From Octopus bimaculoides (Eukaryota): a DNA stretch of 64,000 bases. The notes under the pieces are model-generated. The model did no database searches. It was not told the DNA's origin and saw nothing but the letters and a program-made list of their open reading frames with translations. A program made the translations under genes and the position numbers. Shown piece after piece: positions 54,495 through 64,000 of the stretch (positions are counted from its first letter, which is position 1; the number at the start of each line of letters is the position of its first letter). The DNA lies in assembly GCF_001194135.2 (NCBI RefSeq), contig NC_068986.1, forward strand, positions 69,765,862 to 69,829,861. The letters are read 5' to 3'.

Positions 54495-55599
54495 TTATGC
54501 ATATATATATATTTGGACTTAGTATTACGGCAACATATATTTTTATCCTTTACGGCAACATATATTTTTATCCTTTACGACAATAGATATTTTTATCCTT
54601 TTCCCGAAGCTACTGATTTATTTTCGAAAGTCATACATGTGTATATGTATACGTTGGATCAAAGAAAGCGAGTAGAAGCTAAAAACAGCACATATAATAT
54701 ATTAGTACAAATACGGATTGATGAATACATACAAAGTGATGATAAATAGAAAAGAAAAAATGGTGCATCTCAGGAAAAGCAGTTGTTGTGTAGTCCCAAT
54801 CAGCTCTGATTGAGCTTATCTACCTTACAAATGCAGTCGTTTGAACAACAAGATGCGTTCCATTATATTATACTACGTCATGCTGAGGAGTATAATACGC
54901 ACAGTGATATGCAGAGATTTATGTCTAAATTTTGCTTAAACTTATCCTGATTTTCAACAAATCTAAGCAGACGAAGTGAAAACAATAGACTAAATGGTTG
55001 AATGTCACAGTAATAAAAGCCAACAATACACGGTACAAGGAAATCAGCGAGCATCTATTAACTATTATTTCTACAAAAATTCCCAAATTTCTTGTCCTCG
55101 TTTCTGGAGTTAACGCTTGGTAACTATCGTATGGAAGAATCAAGACAATCGGTTATTGATTAATTTTCTGTACTAGAAACGATACTTATTACTGATATAA
55201 AAAGAAATTGTCGGAGATTGCGATATTATTCTGATGAGATGTGCATATCTGTAGTTTTCATATATTTGTTTCCTATTTGAGCACAAGATCACCAATTAAA
55301 GGGGATCGCTATAGTCTATTCAATCGATCATTAGTAATTTGATAATGTTTTTTAGCAGCCTCAGAAACTTTGTTTTTAACAAAGTTCACTTTCCCGAGAA
55401 AGTAAATCATAATGTAAATTTACATAACTCAATTATTCATGGCATTTTTTCCGACGCTATAGCGATTCAATCATTTAAAATTAACTGCATAGAGTCATCA
55501 AAATTAGTGAGACAAATGAAATCAGAACAGACTTTCAATTCCATTAAAGTATCTGCAATAAAAATATAAGTTTAGATTCATTTTCTAGATTGTTTTTTT

Positions 55600-55880
55600 A
55601 TCGTCGTTTTACATTGTGGAAAAGCTGTATGAGCTGAACCAATGCAGGAAAGCTCTACGTCAGCAGTTCTCAAAACGGTACACAAGAGAAATTTCGGAGG
55701 TTTGAAAGATTTGTAAAAATACTGGAACTGTGAAGAAATCACAACGAACAGAATGTAACGCGTGTATCTAAAAAATAAGCTGGATGCTTTTGTTGAACCC
55801 ATCCACTTCTTATGAACAGGTATTCGTCGATGCTTACAACCGAAAACAAATCCTGTCAACTGAGAATATTATGCACGTGC
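55600..55880 (+). pseudogene. Possible very decayed Tc1/mariner-type transposase N-terminal (HTH) remnant
   Basis: With frameshifts it reads YIVEKLYE..LRQQF..(K)NTGTVKK..PSTS, loosely like IVxxY..F..KFxxTGSV..SPxTS. Confidence 0.25.
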
Positions 55881-56214
55881 GCTTCTCTGGAACCACACTT
55901 GTTAGAAGGAGCCAAGCAAATCCAGCTCATTCAAATATTTAACATTAAATTAAATTAAATTGATTTCTTGTATGATTTCTGGATGAGGAAACAAGCAATA
56001 AATCGATTTCAGTACTTGACTAGAAATTGATTTTATCAAGTACCAGGATGAAAGACAAAGCTGATTACCATGGCATTTGAACTCTTTGGCCTGTTCTAGT
56101 ATATCCAGCTATTTTACACTATGTTCTTTGCACAGGGTACACTAATACGGCTTGACAAAATGAAGTGGTACGCCGGAATAAAAAGTTTGAGAACTGCATC
56201 ATATAGTGTTTTCA

Positions 56215-56345
56215 CCAACTAATAGAAACTGCAACTAACTCACCCTAAATCGGGAAATGTACTTTAGATAATGTAGACATATATTTTAGAATGCCTTTGA
56301 TCCTATATTTATTCCATCAGGTCTAACCTGGGGCTAAGCAGTAGC
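56215..56345 (+). mobile_element. Family F repeat 3' part
   Basis: GAATGCCTTTGATC..CTAACCTGGGGCTAAG. Confidence 0.45.
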
Positions 56346-56408
56346 AAATGTAGGAGAGTTATCAATACATACAAAAGTAGTATATACATGCAGGTAGTCA
56401 CTATAGCT

Positions 56409-56728
56409 AACTGGCAGACTGTCAGTTACGACGACGAATGTTGTAGTTGATCCGATCAACGGAACAGCCTGCTTGTGAAATTAACGTCGAATTGGCTGAG
56501 CATTCCACGGATATGCGTATCCTTAACGTAGTTCTCAGGGAAATTCAGCGTGACACAAAGTACAAGGCTGGCCCTTTGATATATATATACTACTCACTTT
56601 TGCCTAGTGAGTGGACTGGAACAACACGAAGTAAAATGTCTTGCTCAAGGACATAACGCACTACTGGGTATCGGACTCACTATCTTACGATTGTGAGCCG
56701 AATACCTTAACCGCTAATTCATGCGCTT
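56409..56728 (-). mobile_element. tRNA-derived SINE (family E), full length; head shared with family D
   Basis: Reverse complement: GCGCATGAATTAGCGGTTAAGGTATTCGGCTCACAATCGTAAGATAGTGAGTCCGATACC..TGTCCTTGAGCAAGAC..CCAGTCCACTCA.. Confidence 0.78.
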
Positions 56729-57630
56729 TCACATAAGCAGGCAATGGATTCGTGAGCATATACAAAAACGCTGATATATATGCATATAACTTCTTTCTCA
56801 AATTCGGTAATGTGTGTAAGGGGATGTATATGAATATATTAGTAATTATATATGATTTTCTGTACAAATTTGTATGCATTCAAAGAATGTGTGCTTAGAT
56901 TTGCATGCATATATATTTATGAATATTAAAATTATGCATTTATATGGGTAATGCTTGATAACATACAATTAGTATATTCATAGTGCTATGAAGGAATATG
57001 ATGAAGGTTATACTCCAAAGGCAAAGAGGTCATTGCTCCAAAGATGAAATTATTTGACGTCAATGAAATCTGCGTTTACTTATTTAGGAATAGGAACTGT
57101 GTACACGCGTTGTCATAATTTAAGGGCAATCTTCTAGGTTAACAAGCTATTTTGGTGAACGGAGCGAACATACATAAATATGGTCAATATGAGTCAGAGA
57201 TATGAGGTTCGAAAGAAGACAATTGGAATAGTGAGGTTTGGTTGATAACTATCGTTAGGAATTAAGTGTCGCCAAATTGAGACCTATCCAAAGGATTTGG
57301 CGAATATATTGAAAATTGTGTCGAATATTAAGTAGATACTATTAAATAATGAGATAAAATAAATGTGAGATGAATGATGAATAAATAAAAAAAAAGAACA
57401 ATACAATGAATACTTTTGTAAATATAAGACATCCTCAGACTAATATTTTAGTTATCTGGTAAAAGAGATTTTCTAACTGCTAAAATGATGCTGATTTTTT
57501 AGCGATCAAGTGAAACGAAAGCATAGCTAACAGAAAGAAAAGCAATATAATGTGGATAAATAAGCTTATATAATATAATTATTATATAAGATAATAATCA
57601 TTATGAGGATAATAATGATGATAATTATAA

Positions 57631-57835
57631 TGATTTCAAATTTTGGCACAATGCCAACAATTTGGGGGGAAGTGGGAAGTCGACCCTAGGGCTCAACTGC
57701 CACTTATTCTATCGACTCTGAAAGGGTGAAAGGTAAAATCGACCTAAGCGGAATCTCAACTTAGAACATAAAGACGGACGAAATGACACTGAGCATTTTG
57801 CACGACGCGCTAACGATTTTACCAGTTCGTCGCCT
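57631..57835 (-). mobile_element. SINE family B, full length
   Basis: TTTCAAATTTTGGCACAATGCC..GCTAACGATTTTACCAGTTCGTCGCCT. Confidence 0.85.
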
Positions 57836-57840
57836 AAATC

Positions 57841-57948
<108 letters not shown>

Positions 57949-57952
57949 AAAA

Positions 57953-60071
57953 ACAACGAAAAGGCAATACGGTAGACAATTACAGGCCGATATCCTATTT
58001 GCCACTTATGTGGAAGTTATTGACTAGAATACTTGCAGAGTCAATTTACGAACATCTGGAAAAAAATGGAGTCCTACCACATGAGCAGAAGGGTTGCAAG
58101 CGTAAGTGCAGATGTACCAAGGATAGACAAAACTGTCCTGATAGACAAAACTGTACTTAGAGACTGCAAGAGGAGGAAAAATAACTTAGCCATGTCATGG
58201 ATCGACTATCGTAAGGCGTACGATATGATCCCGCATTCTTGGATTATGGAGTGTATGAACCTATTTGGTATTGCTTGGAAAAAGTATAGCGAATTGGAGG
58301 ACGGACCTGATAGCATACGGAAGAAGTTTAGGGACAGCAGAAATTAGGAGGGGCATCTTCCAAGGGGTCTTCCTGTCTCCACTGATCTTTGTACTGTGCT
58401 TGATATCACTAACACTAATTCTGAAGAAAGCAAAAGCTGGGTATGTATTCAAAAGCCGCCATCAAAAAGTCAACCATTTGTTATTCATGGATGACATCAA
58501 ACTTTATGGTAAAGACGAAGCCCAAGTCATCTCCCTCGTTGATATCAGTGCTGATATCAGAATTGAGTTCCGACTGAGAAAGTGTGGTGTGTTAATCTTG
58601 AAGAGAGGCAAAATCAAATGTATGGACGGGTTAACGATACCGTTGTGGGAGGTTATGAAGCAGATAGAAGAGACGGACTATAAGTACTTGGAGATTTTGG
58701 AAATAGAGAAATTAATGACAGAAAAATTTAAGGTGGAGCACTTGCGCAGAATGAGACTAATCCTTAAGTCGAAATTAAATGGACGGAATAAGATCGAAGC
58801 TATCAACACCTGGGCGGTTTCACTCCTTAGATATGGAGCAGGGGTAATCGCATGGACAGTAGACGAACTAAACAGCTTAGACAGAAAGACAAGGAAGTTG
58901 CCAACTAGATATGGGTCACTCCGCCCAAAAATGACACAGGCAGACTGTATGTACCAAGAAAAAGAAGGGGAAGAGGACTTATTGGCTGCGAACGCAGCAT
59001 TAGAACAGAAGAAAACAACATAGCATGGTATGTAAAAAATACCACGGAACCGCTATTATTAGAAGTAGGAAGGTCAGTATTTTGTAGAATGAAAGATTGC
59101 AAAGATAAAGCACTAAAGAAAGAATTGAAAACGAATGAAACTGAAAATAGGTGGATAAAGAAAAGAATGCATAGACAATTTCATAGGGATGTTGAAGATA
59201 AGACAGACAGAGAAAAAAGATGGCTGTGGATGACTAAAATTGATTTAAAACCGGAAACGGAGGCTCTAATCTGTGCTGCCCAAGAGTAAGCACTAAGAAC
59301 AAACTACATAAAATACAGAATAGATAACACATCAGAAAGTGATAAGTGCAGAATCTGTGGACAAAATGGTGAAACCGTATGGCATATTACCAGCCAATGT
59401 ACGCCACTAGTCCAGAAGGAATATAANNNNNNNNNNNNNNNNNNNNNNNNNNNNNNNNNNNNNNNNNNNNNNNNNNNNNNNNNNNNNNNNNNNNNNNNNN
59501 NNNNNNNNNNNNNNNNNNNNNNNNNNNNNNNNNNNNNNNNNNNNNNNNNNNNNNNNNNNNNNNNNNNNNNGAATATAAGAGACGCCACGACAATAAAGCC
59601 AGGCTTGTCCATTGGACACTCTGCAACAAGTATGGACTTGACAGAGCCAAAAATTGGTACAACCACAAACCTGAAGGCATCGTCGAAAATAGAAATGCAA
59701 GGATCCTATGAGATTTTATGATTCAGTGCGACTATGAGATAGAGAATAGGAAGCCGGATACAGTCTTAATTGAGAAAGAAAACAATCTATGCTGGATCAT
59801 AGATATAGCATGCCCAGCAGACAACAAGGTATGCAATAAGGAAGAAAGAAAAGTTGAGAGATATGACAGGTTAGCTTGGGAAGTTAAGCAGTTGTGGTCG
59901 ATGAAAAAGGTAGCAGTAGTACCAAGTATTGTCGGAGCCCTGGGAACAGTGAGCAAAAACCTCGAGAAGTACGTAGAACAAATAGGGGCTGCAATAAGGG
60001 TAGAGGAACACTTACAGAAAACAGCACTGCTTGGACCCGCTCGAATACTCCGGAATGTGCTCGAAAAATAA
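57953..60071 (+). pseudogene. Disrupted RT-RLE polyprotein of the R4/Dong-type element
   Basis: Several frameshifts and stops (e.g. AAQE*ALRT, RIL*DF), and the conserved QGD of the RT is changed to QGV. Confidence 0.88.
59427..59570. other. Assembly gap (144 N), probably spurious
   Basis: GAATATAA is present on both sides of the gap. Confidence 0.9.
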
Positions 60072-60179
60072 GAGGTGTTACCTTAGTTCACTGGTAGTGA
60101 ACAGCTGACACTGTAGTATATCTCCAGCGTTAGAAGCTGTGCAAAGCCAATAATAATAATAATAATAATATTAATAATG

Positions 60180-60330
60180 GTTCAAGGTCTGAAATTTTGC
60201 GAGAGGAGGCTAGTCGATTAAATCGATCCCAGTCTACAACAACTGGTATTTATTTGTTTTATTGAACACTAAAGGATGAAAATTAAAGTTAACCCCTAAT
60301 GGGTTTGAAACCGAAACGCATAGAGGTAGA
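60180..60330 (-). mobile_element. SINE family B, decayed 3' part
   Basis: CTAGTCGATTAAATCGATCCCAGT..AACTGGTATTTAT..AAAGGATGAAA. Confidence 0.6.
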
Positions 60331-61099
60331 ACGACCACTACAAGGTCCGTGGCTTTAACGGTTGTACCAAATAATGGATTAAATGAATAATGGTTGAGAT
60401 ATTTGTGTTTAAGATAGTAATCACAAATAAACACCAAAGAATAAACACTTAGGCAATTCGGAATATTCTATTTCAGGAAGCTTATTCTGGGTTCTCCGGC
60501 AGTCTGTTACATTAGAATGACAATAGAACAACATATTACTTCAACAACTTTTCTTTTCCAGTTTATTTGCATTTTATGTTTTATTTCTCAAAGAAAACTG
60601 ATTATGTCACGTTCATGTTTCCTCTAGGAACAAGTTGTAACCTTTTACTCTATCTCTCCACTACGTATTTTATATCTCTATCTGGATCATGAAATTACCT
60701 AGGTTTTCCCTATGATCTATGTAGTTTTATACAGCTTTTTTTTAAACAATATCGAGCAAATTTTTTTAATTACTTTCCATGACACATACACACACGCACA
60801 TACACGCATACGTGACGCTAATCTAACAATCCGCGTTCAATGTTTATCATCATCAGCATCATCACATCAGACCATCATAACCATCGCTAGCATATCATTT
60901 CCACCCCGATTTAACTTCAGCAGTTTTTTTTTTCTTTTATTTATCTATTTATTTATTTATTTGTTTTTCTGCTAGTAATTTCAGTTCCACAAGCAACAAC
61001 AAAATCTGTTTTATCACTTTCACTTTCAAAATACTGTAATCTTATCGTTATTAACACTTTTACAACCACCAACACACCTTACTATTTACATCCACACCA

Positions 61100-62480
<1,381 letters not shown>

Positions 62481-62673
62481 TACCACCAATAACTACACTT
62501 ACACGATTGCTATATTCCTCATCCTACCCACAATCCAATTTTCTTTTCTCGTAATTTGCTTTCGTTGCAATATTTCTGTAGAAAGACCTTGAACAGATTA
62601 AAATCGCTAAGTTAGCACAACACACACACACAAACACACACACATACACACATATTATCGATAAGGTAGAAAG

Positions 62674-62783
62674 CTAGCACGTGACGGCTGTCTCCGCCAC
62701 ACACCATCGACCTGACTGCATCATGCCAAAGAAGAGAGCGACCGGTGTTACCATGACCCAGATTCGTATTCTTCCATTGACTT
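62674..62783 (-). other. Candidate minus-strand exon behind a strong 3' splice site
   Basis: Minus strand: TTAAT branch-like motif, about 90 nt of pyrimidine-rich AG-free sequence, then TTCTTGCAG|AAGTCAATGG. Confidence 0.4.
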
Positions 62784-64000
62784 CTGCAAGAAATAAATAG
62801 GAGAAAAAAAGCAATGAACAAAAAAAAAACAAATAAATGAACAAAGACATTAAGTAGAAAGCAAAACGAAAGTCTTTAATCCGATTTCTTTTATTTGTAT
62901 TTTTTTTATTTTTCTTCTCAGTTCTTTCTCTTTTTTTTTTCTTTCTCTATGTATGTAGCCTTCAGGTTATTCCCTTTCTGTTATGCTAGCAGCCCATACT
63001 TTTTTTCCACCATGTTTACCTTCTCCCTTTAAACTACATTCTTCTCACCTTCTTTTTCCCTTAATTTCGATCCTACCTATTTTCATGTATCATCAGTTCT
63101 CTCTATGTCTCTATCTCTATCTCTCTATCTCTCTATCATCTATCTACCTTTTCTCCTTTCTTGCCTTCTCTAGCTATCCAATTTTATTTGTCTTTCTTCT
63201 CTTCTCTCCTTTCTGTATTTACTTCGTCTCACTGCTCCATCCACCATTACTACTACCATCACGTTCTTCGTCATATCTTTACAAGACGTTAGCTTTCTTT
63301 GATGTTTTACCTTCAAGTCTTCTCAAAGTGAGCGGGTTAGCTTCTCTTCAAATTATTGTATCGATTTCTTCTCCACCACTACTTCCACCGTCACTCTATT
63401 TCTTTACACATTCAGTATTCTGCTTCTCTGCACGTGTGGCTGCGTCGCAAACGCAACACACATCGTTTATCTATTGCGTGTACATTAATGCACTCTGTAA
63501 ATATGTGCGTTCCTAAATTATATGTTCACTTGTACATACTGAAATGTATATGCGTGGCCATGGATTCACAAACGTATATAATACACACACATTCAAACAC
63601 ATGTACGTAACTAGATAGCTTAATTCAATGAAAAGTTGGCTCAGTAGATACGTGAAAATATAGGTGCGTCTTTGGCAAATCTGATAGATTACAGGGTGGG
63701 TGTATGGTTGGATAAATTGAGGGTGTATGGATGGATAGATAGCACAGTGTGATTTTGTGAGTGGATGAGCTGGATAAGAGATGAGGAGGAGGATAAGATT
63801 TATGTTTAAGTAGAACGAGATAGTGATCTAAATTGCTTAGCAAATTTATTTCCTGTTGAACTTCAACCTGCCAAATGTAATATTGGTACCAGCCAAACGG
63901 TCTTGTCATTCAATTTCTACCAGTGTCTGATTTTAAAATCATACTGACAATTAAAAGAAAAAAGAAAATATTTGCTTTGACTGATAACCCCTTTTATAAG

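Larger units (their letters stand above)
57950..60178 (+). mobile_element. 5'-truncated R4/Dong-clade non-LTR retrotransposon (RT + CCHC + restriction-like endonuclease), short 3' UTR, (AAT)n tail
   Basis: [81 protein letters not shown]; (AAT)n at 60149-60178. Confidence 0.92.

Noticed and set aside
58033-60071. Intact active retrotransposon or domesticated RT gene
   Set aside because: 5'-truncated, with multiple frameshifts and stops and an altered QGD motif.
62983-63516. 177-aa Leu/Ser/Phe-rich ORF
   Set aside because: It arises from a C/T-rich low-complexity tract that is naturally stop-poor.

Overview
This is AT-rich, repeat-dense animal genomic DNA from a gapped scaffold assembly. It has nine N-runs, most of them flanked by dinucleotide microsatellites. 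It is not prokaryotic, and there is no CRISPR array, rRNA or functional tRNA. The SINE and LINE families match what I recall of Octopus/coleoid cephalopod repeats; this is an inference and no database was searched. The window looks intronic or intergenic, with no complete host gene. It contains about 11 copies of one tRNA-derived SINE that carries an internal microsatellite (family A here), about 12 copies of a second (family B), a V-domain SINE, and two SINEs with a shared head and different tails. There are several decayed RTE-type LINE 3' fragments, one ending in two C2H2 fingers. A 2.2 kb 5'-truncated R4/Dong-type RT + restriction-like-endonuclease retrotransposon sits in a (TAA)n tract. 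A Penelope-like inverted repeat carries a minimal hammerhead-like motif. Two unexplained long hairpins lie at 12554-12632 and 51210-51295, and there are a few candidate orphan exons (best: minus strand, starting at 62783). Almost all ORFs in the supplied track are microsatellite or N-gap artefacts. Family labels A/B/D/E/F are my own, and the boundaries of decayed repeats are approximate.
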